Under the pieces are notes generated by a model. That model worked only from the letters and a program-made list of their open reading frames with translations. It made no database searches and was not told the origin of the DNA. A stretch of DNA of 64,000 nucleotides, from positions 68,167 through 132,166 of the forward strand of contig JAZDDX010000024.1 of assembly GCA_043809315.1 (NCBI GenBank), in the 5' to 3' direction. The number at the start of each line of letters is the position of its first letter. Within the stretch, counting starts at the first letter, position 1. The position numbers and the translations under genes are program-made. Below are positions 37,283-48,500 of the stretch, in pieces. The stretch is from Pseudomonadota bacterium (GTDB lineage: Bacteria; Bdellovibrionota_G; JALEGL01; DATDPG01).

Positions 37283-38308
37283 TCAGAGCTGAAAGAACGA
37301 ACCGAACGTCTTCCGAGCTTGTGTGATCAGTTCCATGCCAACCGGTGTCGGGGTAGGGGACTGAATCGCGGTCTCGGGGGTCGTGTGGGAGCTGATTGTC
37401 GATAAAACCCCGGACGCCACGACATCGGGATTGTATCCACCCTCTATTGTGTAGACGACCGGCGCGGATAGTTTGCGCGCCAGATGCTCGATCCGGAGAG
37501 AGAGTTGAGTGAACCCCTCGTCCGTGATCCGTAAGTTCCCCAGTGGATCGGCGGCATGGCTGTCGTATCCGGCGGAGACGAGAAACAATTCCGGCTTAAA
37601 CTGCTCGAAGGCCGGTTGGAGAATCGAGTCCCACAGTCCCAACAGTTCGGAATCCCCGGCTTCCTTCGGAAGGGGGCAGTTGACGGTCGCTCCGACCCCA
37701 TCCCCACGTCCGGTTTCTTTCCAATCCCCCGTGCCTGGATAGAACGGAGCCTGATGGTGCGAGACGTAGAGGACGTCGGGTCGCTCGTAGAAGATCTCCT
37801 GCGTTCCGTTTCCGTGGTGGAGATCGAAATCGTAGATCGCGACGCGCTTCACGCCGTGTTTCCGGACGGCGTATTCGGCGGCGAGTGCGATGTTGTTGAA
37901 CAGGCAGAATCCCATCGCGCGATCCCGTTCCGCGTGGTGTCCGGGCGGGCGGACGAGCGTGAATACGCGAAGATCCGGTTTTCCGGCTGCGAGATCGACG
38001 GCATGGAGGAGGGTTCCGGCGGCGGTTCGGGCGATGAAGGCGGAATCGGCCGTTGCGTACGTATCGGCGTCGAGCATCGTGTACGGCTGGAGAGAGGTGG
38101 CCGCAACCTGTTCCATCAAGCGGTCGGTGTGAACCAGCAGGAGTTCATCCGCCGTGGCCGCACGTCCGCAGAACTTCATCTCCACCCCGGCCGGCGGATC
38201 CTCCTGGAGTACCTGCTCGAGCTTCTCGAGCCGCGCGGGGGATTCGGGATGGGGAGGTTCCGGTTTGTGCTTCCGGAAGATCGGGTCGGAGAATACGACG
38301 AAGCTCAC
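37283..38308 (-). CDS. Histone deacetylase family amidohydrolase
   Basis: HPESPARL, RPPGHHA, DLHHGNGTQ, SAGYD, EGGY; GTGA overlap with upstream gene. Confidence 0.92.
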   Translation of the reverse strand: MSFVVFSDPIFRKHKPEPPHPESPARLEKLEQVLQEDPPAGVEMKFCGRAATADELLLVHTDRLMEQVAATSLQPYTMLDADTYATADSAFIARTAAGTLLHAVDLAAGKPDLRVFTLVRPPGHHAERDRAMGFCLFNNIALAAEYAVRKHGVKRVAIYDFDLHHGNGTQEIFYERPDVLYVSHHQAPFYPGTGDWKETGRGDGVGATVNCPLPKEAGDSELLGLWDSILQPAFEQFKPELFLVSAGYDSHAADPLGNLRITDEGFTQLSLRIEHLARKLSAPVVYTIEGGYNPDVVASGVLSTISSHTTPETAIQSPTPTPVGMELITQARKTFGSFFQL

Positions 38309-40803
38309 GACACGGCCTCCCGTTTCTCCTCGAACTTGTCCGGCACGCCTTGAAGGCGTCGGTCGAACGAGTGCAGGATCGCGGGCATGATCACGATCGC
38401 CGCGAAGATGCAGGTGACCTCCCCGAGGAGTCCGAGCCATCCGAACGATGCCAGAGCCTGATTCATCGCGGTCAGGAGGGTTGCATACCCGATGATCGTC
38501 GTGAGGGAGCAAAGAACGATCGCACCGCCGACCGCTCCGAGAACGCGGCGCACGGATCCGCGCCCCTCATATTTGTACCGTTGGAGAAGGTTCACCCCGT
38601 AGTCGACGCCGATCCCGAACGTCACCGGAAGGGCGATGAAGTTGAAGAAGTTGAGGCGGATCTGAAGGATCGCCTGGAGGCCGAACATCATCGCGATCCC
38701 GACGATCAGGCCGCCGAGCACATACGTGATCGGCCGCGGGCGCCGGAAGGTAACGATCACACAGAGGGCCACGGCGATGAACGAGAGGAGCGTCGCGATC
38801 GGGCCGTCGGTCTTAATGGCCCGCAAGAGGTCGGCGAAGATCGCGGACTCTCCCGACATCCGAACCACCGTACCGTCCGGGAGACGGATGTCGCTCAACA
38901 TGTCGGCAAACTGAATCAGCTTTCGTCCATCCGCGAGGTCCACGTCGGGACGGGGATAGACATAAACGACGCGGCCGAGAGTCCCATCCACCTCCTGATA
39001 ATTCCTCCGGATTTGATCCGGCAGGTCCCTAAGCGTGAGCGAACGAACGTCGACCGATTTACGGAAGTCGTCGATTTCTTTCCGGTACTTCTTGTCGACG
39101 AAGTTGAGGGAATGATCGGCGAGAAGGTGACGGATCTTCCGGAGTTCCTCCTGTTTCTCGGGCTGGTTCGCCGGGAGATACGATTGGAGTGTTTTGCAAT
39201 AGTCGATCGTCTTCAGATGATCGGAGAGATGGGCTTCCCGTTTCATGACGGCATCGCAGATGAAGTTAGCCTGCTTTTCGTCGTCCAGGAGGATCATGAC
39301 GGGAGCCAGGTTCTGGCCGAAGATGTCCTGGATCCGCTGCCCCAGGGCGTAGTAGGGGCTATCGGTCACCTTATTCTTGAGTTTCGAAAAGTCGTACTCG
39401 AGCGAATTCGGGAGGAACCGAAGAGCCAACCCGATCGAAGCGACCGTCAAGAAGACGCCGAATCCGGCGATCAGACGGGGGGAGTGAGCGACGAGGCTGC
39501 CGACGGGGTAGAAGATGAACTCCCATTGTTTCGGCGTCAGACGGTTGTCCCGCACGATGGGAATGGCTCTTTCGGAGAGGACCAGAAGGGGGGGGAGAAC
39601 CAGGTAGGTCGCCACCCAGCAGAGCAACATCCCGACACCGCCGATGAACCCGAACTGCGTGAATCCCCGGATCTCGGAGAAGGCGAGCGTGGCGAATGCC
39701 GCGCTTGTGGTGATCGCGGCGACGAAGGTCCCGAGCATGGTCCGGGAGTAGGCGACGGCAAGCGCCTCTTCGATATTCTTCCCCTGCCGGCGCTCCTCGA
39801 TGTAGCGGGCGAGCAGGATGATCCCGGAGTTGACGCCGTTCCCGACGATGATGCTTCCCAGGAAAGCAGTCTGGGAGTTGAGGTAGCCGATTTGGATCTT
39901 CGTGAGAGCGAACGCCCAGAGTGTCCCGATGGCGAGCGGAGCCGTGAGAAGCCAGATCGCCCGGAGGCGGAGAAAATAGAGGAACAGAACCGCGGCGACC
40001 AGAAGGAGACAGAGCGCGAGAGTGCTTAAGACATCCTTGATCAACTGGTCGTACTCTTCGAGGACCCGCCGGTACTTCCCGGCCAGGGTCACCCTCATCG
40101 ATGCGTGATACGACGACGGGTTGAGTTCCGAGACGATCGAGCTGACGCGAGCCACGAGGTCCTTAGCGAACTGGACGCCGGTCGCACTCCCATACGGCTG
40201 CAGGATGACGGCGGCAATCTTCCCCCCCTCGCCGAAGTAGTAGCCGTCGATATAGGCGTCGTACTTGCTCGTCTGCCCCTTGTATTTGTTCTCGATGTCG
40301 CTGACGTCGAAAGCGACCTTCTCGTCTTCGAGGCTGATGAAGAGAGGGTTGTTCTTGAGTTTCTCGTATCGAATCTTCCGCGAAAGGCGGTTCCGGATCT
40401 CCCGAAGGTCGTCGAGATCGACGTAGAGATTCCGGTTGTCGGTATAAAACTGTCGGACCCCCTTGCTGTTGTATTCGACGTACTTCACGTACGGCTTCGG
40501 GAGCTTCCGGAGCCGTGCCACGAGGTCTTCGATGAACTGTTCCGTGACTTTGATGTCGTTCGACTCGATCGCGATCGCGAGGTTCCCGACCCCGCCGACC
40601 CGCTCGACGATCCGGTCGAGCGCCACGACACTCGGTTTATTGGCCGGAAGGAGAGTCTTGAAATCGCTTTTGATCCGGAGATGGCTGGTCTGAACCGCAG
40701 CGGGGATGACGGTCAAGAGGAGCCCCAACAGCCAGAGCCATGGATGGTGCGCGAAACTCCGCGCCAATTTCTCCCGTTTGGACAAGATCGAGCACTTTAA
40801 CAT
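38305..40803 (-). CDS. MMPL/RND transporter, HpnN-like
   Basis: Two-repeat TM plus periplasmic architecture; GNGVN, GIGVDY, LTTIIGY. Confidence 0.8.
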   Translation of the reverse strand: MLKCSILSKREKLARSFAHHPWLWLLGLLLTVIPAAVQTSHLRIKSDFKTLLPANKPSVVALDRIVERVGGVGNLAIAIESNDIKVTEQFIEDLVARLRKLPKPYVKYVEYNSKGVRQFYTDNRNLYVDLDDLREIRNRLSRKIRYEKLKNNPLFISLEDEKVAFDVSDIENKYKGQTSKYDAYIDGYYFGEGGKIAAVILQPYGSATGVQFAKDLVARVSSIVSELNPSSYHASMRVTLAGKYRRVLEEYDQLIKDVLSTLALCLLLVAAVLFLYFLRLRAIWLLTAPLAIGTLWAFALTKIQIGYLNSQTAFLGSIIVGNGVNSGIILLARYIEERRQGKNIEEALAVAYSRTMLGTFVAAITTSAAFATLAFSEIRGFTQFGFIGGVGMLLCWVATYLVLPPLLVLSERAIPIVRDNRLTPKQWEFIFYPVGSLVAHSPRLIAGFGVFLTVASIGLALRFLPNSLEYDFSKLKNKVTDSPYYALGQRIQDIFGQNLAPVMILLDDEKQANFICDAVMKREAHLSDHLKTIDYCKTLQSYLPANQPEKQEELRKIRHLLADHSLNFVDKKYRKEIDDFRKSVDVRSLTLRDLPDQIRRNYQEVDGTLGRVVYVYPRPDVDLADGRKLIQFADMLSDIRLPDGTVVRMSGESAIFADLLRAIKTDGPIATLLSFIAVALCVIVTFRRPRPITYVLGGLIVGIAMMFGLQAILQIRLNFFNFIALPVTFGIGVDYGVNLLQRYKYEGRGSVRRVLGAVGGAIVLCSLTTIIGYATLLTAMNQALASFGWLGLLGEVTCIFAAIVIMPAILHSFDRRLQGVPDKFEEKREAVS

Positions 40804-40871
40804 CAAACGTCGTGGGTCCCCAATTCACGGCACTTTCGCTTTGGGGTGGAATTTGATAGCTCCCCTGCATC

Positions 40872-42287
40872 ATGCCGTTCGATCTGAAGGCCCTGTTGGA
40901 GAAGCGTCGGGGCGACAACTATTCCCTGCACGATCGCTACATCAACCCGACCTTCGCCAAGGTGCTGAAAATCATCGGTTTTGACCGGTGTTACACGACG
41001 GGGAAGGGGGCCTACCTCTACGACGGAGAGGGGAACGAGTACCTCGATTTCATCTGCGGCTACGGCGTCTTCAACCTCGGCCGGAATCATCCGGCCATCG
41101 CGGCGACCTTAAAGCAATTCCTCGATCTCGAGTATCCGAACCTAGTCAAGATGGATGCCCCTCTGATCGCCGGGCTCTTAGCGGAGGCGCTGGTGAAGAA
41201 GATGCCGGCGGGCCTCGACACGGTCTTCTTTGCGAACTCCGGAACCGAAGCGGTCGAAACCGCGCTCAAGTTCAGCCGGGCCGCTTCGGGGAAGTTCAAG
41301 ACGATTTATGCCGACCACGCGTTCCACGGCCTTACGTACGGCTCGCTCTCCGTGAACGGGGACGACCACTTCCGCGAGGGGTTCGGGCCGCTTCTCCCCG
41401 GCTGCGTGAAGATCCCGTTTAACGACCTGGATACCCTCGAGAGGGAACTGAAACACGGGGATGTCGGCGCCTTCATCGTCGAGCCGATCCAAGGGAAAGG
41501 GGTCTTCGTCGGCGAGCCGAACTATCTCCCGGAGGCACAAAGACTCTGTCGGAAATACGGGGCGTACTTCATCGTCGATGAGATCCAGACCGGGATGGGA
41601 CGGACCGGCCGGTTTTTAGCGCTCGAGCATTGGGGTCTGGAGCCGGATCTGGTCACGGTTTCCAAATCGCTCTCCGGCGGGCAGGTCCCGGTGGCGGCGT
41701 GCGTGGGACGTCGGGAGATCTTTTTGAAGGTGTTCAACCGTCTCGATCGTTGCGTGGTTCACTCCACGACGTTCAGCCAGAACGCGATGGCGATGGCGGC
41801 GGGGCTGGCGGCGCTCCATGTGCTCGAAGAGGACAAGCTCGTCGAGAACGCCGACCGGATGGGGACGCTTCTCCGGACGGAGCTCGAAAAACGGAAGGAG
41901 CGGTTCGAGCTTCTGAAAGAGATCCGCGGGAAAGGGCTCCTGCTCGGCGTCGAATTCGGCTCCCCGAAATCCCTGAAGCTCAAACTCGCGTGGGAACTGC
42001 TCCACAAAGCGGACGCCGGCCTTTTCAGCCAGGCGATCATCATGCCGTTGCTGGAGAAACATCACATCCTCACGCAGGTCGGCGGGCACAACATGGACGT
42101 CATCAAACTCTCCCCGGCACTCTGTGTGACGGAAAAGGACATCACCCGCTTCCTCACGGCGTTCGATGATGTGGTGGGCGCCTGTCACCGTTTCCCGGGA
42201 CCGGTCTGGGACGTCGGCACGAGGCTTGTGAAGCATGCGCTTCGCGGGACTCGGAAAGGGGAGGCGGTCGTCGAACCGCCCGCGTGA
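40872..42287 (+). CDS. Class III aminotransferase, HpnO-like
   Basis: YLDFICGYGVFNLGRNHP, EPIQGKG, DEIQTGMGRTG, VVHSTTF, FSQAIIMPLLEKHHILTQV. Confidence 0.8.
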   Translation: MPFDLKALLEKRRGDNYSLHDRYINPTFAKVLKIIGFDRCYTTGKGAYLYDGEGNEYLDFICGYGVFNLGRNHPAIAATLKQFLDLEYPNLVKMDAPLIAGLLAEALVKKMPAGLDTVFFANSGTEAVETALKFSRAASGKFKTIYADHAFHGLTYGSLSVNGDDHFREGFGPLLPGCVKIPFNDLDTLERELKHGDVGAFIVEPIQGKGVFVGEPNYLPEAQRLCRKYGAYFIVDEIQTGMGRTGRFLALEHWGLEPDLVTVSKSLSGGQVPVAACVGRREIFLKVFNRLDRCVVHSTTFSQNAMAMAAGLAALHVLEEDKLVENADRMGTLLRTELEKRKERFELLKEIRGKGLLLGVEFGSPKSLKLKLAWELLHKADAGLFSQAIIMPLLEKHHILTQVGGHNMDVIKLSPALCVTEKDITRFLTAFDDVVGACHRFPGPVWDVGTRLVKHALRGTRKGEAVVEPPA

Positions 42288-42288
42288 G

Positions 42289-43005
42289 ATGGCTAAGCCG
42301 GTCCCACTCCTTCACGATTTCGCGCGCCACGAGCCGGCAGCCGTGCGATTGACCTCGTCGGTCGGGAACCGCTTCCTGTCGTATGAATTGACCAGTCGGT
42401 ATGTGCGCTTGGGCGGGATGATTCTGGAGATTTTCCCGGCTCTGACGGAGATGACCCTTCTCCACCTCGGCGAGCAACTCGATCTTCGGGTCAGGCTCCC
42501 CCACCGCGAAGACGTTCTTTTCGTGACGGCGGCGGTTCACCGAATCGTTCCACTAGCCGTGGACGTGAACGGAAAGAGACTGACGGTGGCCGGTATGAAG
42601 TTCGCGGAATTGAGCGCGGAATCTCGATTGATTCTGGAGGCTCACGAACTGACGTCCCAGGTGGGGCAGAGGATCGAGCGTTCCGCTCGAATTCCGGTCC
42701 GGTTCCCGATCGAACTATCCGGGATGGATGTCCTGACCCCTCTCATCGCCCGGGACCTTTCGATGACCGGGATGTTCGTCGGGGGGAGGGTGAAGTTCGA
42801 ACCGGGGAAGATCTTACGTCTCAACTTCAAACTTCCGTTCCAGCAACGGCCGGTCGCCGTCCGCGGCAGGGTGGTCTGGCACGGCCAGAAACCTGTGCCG
42901 GGGGTCACCGATCTCTGTCCCGGGTTCGGGGTCCAGTTCGTCGAAGTCCCTCCGGCAAGCCAAACGGCAATCGCGACGTACTACGCAAAAAACACAATAG
43001 TTTAA
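42289..43005 (+). CDS. PilZ domain protein
   Basis: ERSARIP (RxxxR), DLSMTGMF, GFGVQF. Confidence 0.75.
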   Translation: MAKPVPLLHDFARHEPAAVRLTSSVGNRFLSYELTSRYVRLGGMILEIFPALTEMTLLHLGEQLDLRVRLPHREDVLFVTAAVHRIVPLAVDVNGKRLTVAGMKFAELSAESRLILEAHELTSQVGQRIERSARIPVRFPIELSGMDVLTPLIARDLSMTGMFVGGRVKFEPGKILRLNFKLPFQQRPVAVRGRVVWHGQKPVPGVTDLCPGFGVQFVEVPPASQTAIATYYAKNTIV

Positions 43006-43010
43006 ATAAG

Positions 43011-43682
43011 TTAAAGTTTGTTTTGCGAGATTAACTTTAAAGGATCTTTTTCGGCGATTGCGAGATGCGCCGCTCGTCGGTGGCGGCGGATCCGGACGAC
43101 CAGAATCGAGATCCCGATCGCGAGAATTCCGGCGATCGTGAAAAGTAGCCATCCCGCCTCTCGGGCGACCTTGGCGGCCGAGTCGATCTCACTGCCGAAG
43201 TGGTAGGCGATGTAGATGATGAGCGGTGCGCTGATCAGGGCGGCCAGACCGTCGAACAAGATGAAACGGCGATACGGCATCTTGAGGATCCCGGCGGTCA
43301 CGAAGACGGTTCCACGGACGCCGGCCATGAACCGGGCGACGAAAACGACCCGGTTTCCGTACCGGTGAAACCGGTCGCTGACCTTTTTCACGCGATCCGG
43401 CGTCAACAACTTGCGGAACAGCGGGATTTTGAAGATCCGGGGGCCGAGGCGGAAGCCGATCACGAAGAGAAGGGAATCCCCTACGAGAAGGGCTACGAAT
43501 GTGCCGATCAGGCAGGTCTGGAGGGAAACCTCACCGGTGTAGACGAGGTATCCCGCGAGAATGAGGGGGATCTCCTCGGGGAATGGGGCTCCCAGGCCGC
43601 AGATCAACAGGACGACGATCACCCCGGCGAATGCGATCCCCGGGGGTGCCTCTTCCACGAGCCTGATGAGATAGTCGATCAT
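43011..43682 (-). CDS. DedA family membrane protein
   Basis: PFPEEIPL, VFVARFMAGVR, AGILKM. Confidence 0.9.
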   Translation of the reverse strand: MIDYLIRLVEEAPPGIAFAGVIVVLLICGLGAPFPEEIPLILAGYLVYTGEVSLQTCLIGTFVALLVGDSLLFVIGFRLGPRIFKIPLFRKLLTPDRVKKVSDRFHRYGNRVVFVARFMAGVRGTVFVTAGILKMPYRRFILFDGLAALISAPLIIYIAYHFGSEIDSAAKVAREAGWLLFTIAGILAIGISILVVRIRRHRRAAHLAIAEKDPLKLISQNKL

Positions 43683-43806
43683 CGGATTCCGAACGGACGA
43701 CGGTGGGGGAACCTATCAAGGGGGGGGAGGTCCCGTCAATGACGGAACAAATCTTCCGTCCCGTTTTGTTTGTCCGAACGAACCTCTTGCGCTAGCATCC
43801 GTAGGC

Positions 43807-45474
43807 ATGGGAATTCCTTCTTCCGAATCCACTCGCGACGTCATGGAAACTGAAGCTCCACCACCCCCCGAAAACAGCGGAACACTGGAAACGGTCGACT
43901 GGAAACGGGTGACAAAACTGCGCGTCACGCGAAAGATCGTCGACGCCCTCTCGAATCTGGAGCTCAAGGCTCTCTACCTGGTCCCATCCAACCGCCGGAA
44001 AGACGCCCGCAAACGACATCTCGGATACGGTTCGCGGAAAATGCTGGTAGACGCGGAGCAGTCGTTTGTCCTGGAGGAGACGGCGAGCCTGACGCAGCTT
44101 CTGGCGCGGAATCCGGAGGCGCTGGCTCGATACAAAGAAGATTGCCTGAAGTTGATCGAGCAAGCGCTCGAGCGAACGGACGTCGTGGTCGGGGAGGACC
44201 ATATCGGGCGGATTCAAATGACGGTTGCCATCCGGATGGGAGGACAGATCGTCGCGGTTCTTCGTTGCGGGGACTTCTCGCCAGGAAAACCGGACGACTT
44301 GACCATCGCCAAGATCGCCGAACGGGTTTCGTATCTCGGACATCCGAGGAATCGTGTGGAGGAGGAGATCCGGAAATCGCCGTTCTTCTCGAGCGAGAAG
44401 ATCGCCGTCGTCAACAACCTGATCGGCATGCTGGCCCAAGAGATCGGCAGCTACCTCGAGGAATCGACGAAAGATGTCGATGCGGCGGTCGAGACCGGGA
44501 AATTCAACTTCGACGGGTTGATCACGAAGAACCCCGTGATCCTCGACATCATCCGCCAGATCAAGCTGATCGGGGCCTCCGAGAGCTCGATCATCATCTA
44601 CGGCGAGTCGGGAACGGGGAAAGAGCTGGTGGCTCAGCTGATCCACAAGAACTCGACTCGCATTGACAAACCGTTCATCACGATCAACTGCGCCGCGCTG
44701 ACCGAGACGATCCTGGAGGCGGAACTGTTCGGGTACAAAAAAGGAGCTTTCACCGGCGCCGGCGCCGACAAGAAAGGGTTGTTCGAGGTCGCCGACACCG
44801 GAACGGTTTTCCTGGACGAAGTCGGCGAGATGTCGCTCGCACTCCAGGTCAAGATTCTGCGCTTGATCCAGGAAGGAACGTTCATGCGGGTCGGAGACAC
44901 CGAGACGCGCAAAGTCGATGTCCGCATCATCTCCGCCACCCACAGGGATCTTCGCCAGTTGATCGAGCACGGGAAGTTTCGCGAGGACCTCTATTACCGT
45001 CTCGCGGTCGTGGAGCTGATGCTCCCGCCGCTCCGGGACCGGCCGGAGGACATCCCGATCCTCATCCACCACTTTCTCGAGGAGTTTCAGGGGAAGACCG
45101 GCAAGGGGGGAATGACCCTCTCGGGCGAGGTGATGAAGATCTTCCAGGAGTATTACTGGCCCGGGAACGTCCGGGAGATCCGGAACGAAATCGAACGGGT
45201 CGTTGCGCTCCGGGGAAGCAATTCGTTGGTCAAGGGGAAAGATCTTTCCAAGAAGTTTTTCTATGAAACCTACCCCGAGGGGGTGGCGGCCGGGGACGAA
45301 GACGAGGAAGGGTTCATCAAACGGTTGGTCGATGACTTCGAGCGGAACCTGCTGGCGAAATACCTTCGCAAACACCGTTGGAACAAGACGAAGGTGGCTC
45401 GGCTCTGCGGGATTACCCGGCAGGGGTTGAACAAGAAGATCATCAAATACCGCCTCGACCGACGGCGGATCTGA
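43807..45474 (+). CDS. Sigma-54-dependent transcriptional activator with PocR-like sensor
   Basis: GESGTGKE, GAFTGA, FLDEVGE, WPGNVRE, Fis HTH; N-domain resembles degenerate PocR. Confidence 0.9.
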   Translation: MGIPSSESTRDVMETEAPPPPENSGTLETVDWKRVTKLRVTRKIVDALSNLELKALYLVPSNRRKDARKRHLGYGSRKMLVDAEQSFVLEETASLTQLLARNPEALARYKEDCLKLIEQALERTDVVVGEDHIGRIQMTVAIRMGGQIVAVLRCGDFSPGKPDDLTIAKIAERVSYLGHPRNRVEEEIRKSPFFSSEKIAVVNNLIGMLAQEIGSYLEESTKDVDAAVETGKFNFDGLITKNPVILDIIRQIKLIGASESSIIIYGESGTGKELVAQLIHKNSTRIDKPFITINCAALTETILEAELFGYKKGAFTGAGADKKGLFEVADTGTVFLDEVGEMSLALQVKILRLIQEGTFMRVGDTETRKVDVRIISATHRDLRQLIEHGKFREDLYYRLAVVELMLPPLRDRPEDIPILIHHFLEEFQGKTGKGGMTLSGEVMKIFQEYYWPGNVREIRNEIERVVALRGSNSLVKGKDLSKKFFYETYPEGVAAGDEDEEGFIKRLVDDFERNLLAKYLRKHRWNKTKVARLCGITRQGLNKKIIKYRLDRRRI

Positions 45475-45505
45475 GAGTTACAATCTGGCGCCCACACAGG
45501 CGGCC

Positions 45506-48500
45506 ATGCTGAGCACGAACTGGTCCGAAATTCTCAAGTCCGATCTCGACAAACTGTCGCCGCCCGCTTCCTCGATTCCGGGGCGCGCACCGGCCGTGTT
45601 GCTCAAAGAGGGGGAGCGCCGGAACATCACGATCCTCTTCCTCGACATCCAGGGGTTCACGGCGATGAGCGAGAAGCTCGATCCCGAAGATGTCCAGCTG
45701 ATCATCGACAACTGTTTCAAGATCCTGACCCACGAGGTGGAGAAGTACCAGGGGTACATCGACAAGTATGAGGGGGACCGGATGATGGCCCTCTTCGGCA
45801 GCCGGGAAGCTTCCGAACAGGACTGCGAATGCGCGTTGCGGGCGGCACTCGGGATGAAGGAGAAGTTCGTGGAGATGAACAAGATCCTCGCCGAACGCGA
45901 GATCCGGATCGGGGTCCGGATCGGCGTGAACACCGGGCTGGTCGTGACGGGGCGGATCGGGAAGGGGCGGGACCAGGATTTCACCGTCATGGGGGATGCG
46001 GTGAACCTGGCGAGCCGCCTGGAAAGTCATGCCCCGCCGGGGGAGATCCTGATCGGTGAGGATGCACGAAAAGCGGCGGGGGACGGCTTTCTCTACGAGA
46101 GTCTCGGGAAGATCGAGGTCAAAGGGAAAAGCGAACCGATTCCCGTTTATGTCGTGAAGGGACTCAACCCGGCCCGCTCGGAGCGATGGGAGCGTTCCCC
46201 GTTCACGAAGCGGGTCGAGTACGTGCCGCGGAAGAAAGAGGACACCCGTCTTCTTCAAGCGGCGCGCGAACTCGCCGGTTCCCACGGCATCGTATCGTTC
46301 TCCTTTGCCGCTCCGGCGGGGGCGGGGAAGTCCCGGCTTGTCTACGAATTTCTCCGTTCCTATCGGACCCCTTCCGGGGAGGAGCCGTGGATCTTCCGCA
46401 GCACGGCATCGACCTCCCACCAGATGCCGTACGATCTCTTTGCGGAGCCGCTGACACGCCTGCTGGGAAACACCGACGTCGTCTCAGAGCTTTTCGACGC
46501 CGCCGATCCCAAGGAAAAGAGCGAGGGGGCTCGCCTGCGGCCGGTCGTCGAATTCCTGGCCGGGCGGCGGGAACCGGACGAGAGGATGAGGGCGCTCGAC
46601 CCGGCGACGTTGCGTTTGGAAATCCATCTGGCGATCCGGTTTGTTTTGGCTCGCCTGGCTTCCATGGCGGCCGTCCGGAAGCGAATTCCGCTGATCGTCT
46701 GTTTCGAGTCGATCCAATGGGCCGACCACGCTTCGATCGAGGCGCTCGACTTTCTTTCCGAGACCCTCTCCGATCCTTCGAGCGCGATTCTCCTTCTCTG
46801 GACCTATCGGCCGGAGTTCTCTCCCAAACCGGAATGGGTGTCCCGCTTTCGGATCGAGGAGATCGTTTTGCCGCCGCTCGATTCCGAGGCCTGCGGGAAG
46901 ATTGTTCGTTCGGTCCTCCCCGGCATCGCATTTTCCTCCCGGGAGGAGAAGGTCCTGATCGAGCGGAGCGCGGGGAACCCGTTTTTCCTGGAGGAACTGA
47001 TCCAAGCCCTGATCGACGACGGAGTTCTCTCGCGCGACCGGGATCGTTGGGTTCTGGCTCGTCCGATCGAGGAAGCCTCCCTCCCCGACAGCGTGCAGAG
47101 GGTTTTGATCGGCCGGATCGACAAGCTGGCCCGCGAGCCGAAAGAGATGCTGATGGCTCTTTCCGTCATCGGGGAGGTGATCCCGGCGGTGGTAGCGGAA
47201 AAGGTGGCCGGCCGGATGGGATTCAATGCGGAAACGACCCGACAGCGTCTCCAGGCCCTCGAGGATCTCGGGTTCATTCTTCGAGTCCGCGAGGCGGGGG
47301 TTTTGGGGCCGCAGCACCAGTTCCGCCAGTCCCTGACCCGGGACGTGGTCTATTCGATCATCCTGAACCACAACAAGAAGATCCTCCACGGCCTCGTAGC
47401 GGAATCGCTCGAGGGGATTCACGGGGAACGGGCCATGGAACACGCTCCGATTCTCTTCCATCATTTCGCGAACGCCGGGCGGCAGGAGAAAACGATTGAG
47501 TACGGCTTTGCGGCGCTCGACCAGTTCGTCCGGCAGAACGCCACGCGGGAAGGGCTCGATGCGGTCCGTTCCCTCCGGGAGCTCGTGCGAGGGTGGCGCG
47601 AAGCGAAGGAGCCGCGCCGGTTCGAAGAGCGCCTTCGCGACGCTGAAATCCAATTGTACGATTTTCTGGGACAGCGGAAGGAACAGCTTGTTGCGATCGA
47701 GGAGTTGGAACAGATGGCGGTGGAGGAGCCGAGGCCCGAACTCCTGGCCAAGATCTGCTGGAGTCGTGCCTCCTATTTCTTCGCGACCGGTGACTTCCGC
47801 CAGATGAAGGAACAGGGAGTCCGGGGGTTGTCGGAGCTGGGCCCCGGGACCGCCTTTCCGCGTCTCCGGATGGATCTCCTCCGGATGGTCGGCATCGGAT
47901 GTTACAGCATGGGGGAGCACCAGGAAGCGCTCGACAACTACCGGCTCGGGCTGGAGATCGCCGAGAGACTCGACGACCGGAGCGCGGAGGGGGCGTTCCA
48001 TAACACGGTCGGGCTGGTTCATTTCAACATCGGCCGCGCCCAGGAGGCGATCGATTATTACGAGAAGGCGAACATCATCATGCGGCAGATCGGCGACCGG
48101 CGAGGCGTGGCGAACACGCTCGGGAACCGCGGCCTCGTCCACTGGACGCTCGGCGAATACAGCAAGGCCCTGGAACAGCTCCAGGAGAGCCACGCGATTT
48201 TCAAGGAGGTCGGGTTCCGGAAAGGGCAGGCGGTCACTCTGGGGAACATCGGGATCATTCATCACAAGCTCGGCCAGTATCAAGAGGCGCTTCGGTGTTA
48301 CGAACGGGCACTCTCGCTCCGGCGGGAGATCCGCGATCGGTCGGGTGAGGGGCACGATCTCGAGAACATCGGGGAGGTTTACATGCGCCTCGGGGATTTC
48401 AAAAAAGCGCTCGATCATCTTGATGCGGGGCGATGGCTCGCTCAAGAGGTCGGGAGCAGTTATCTTCTCGCCGAGTGTCTGAACAATCTGGCGATCGTGT

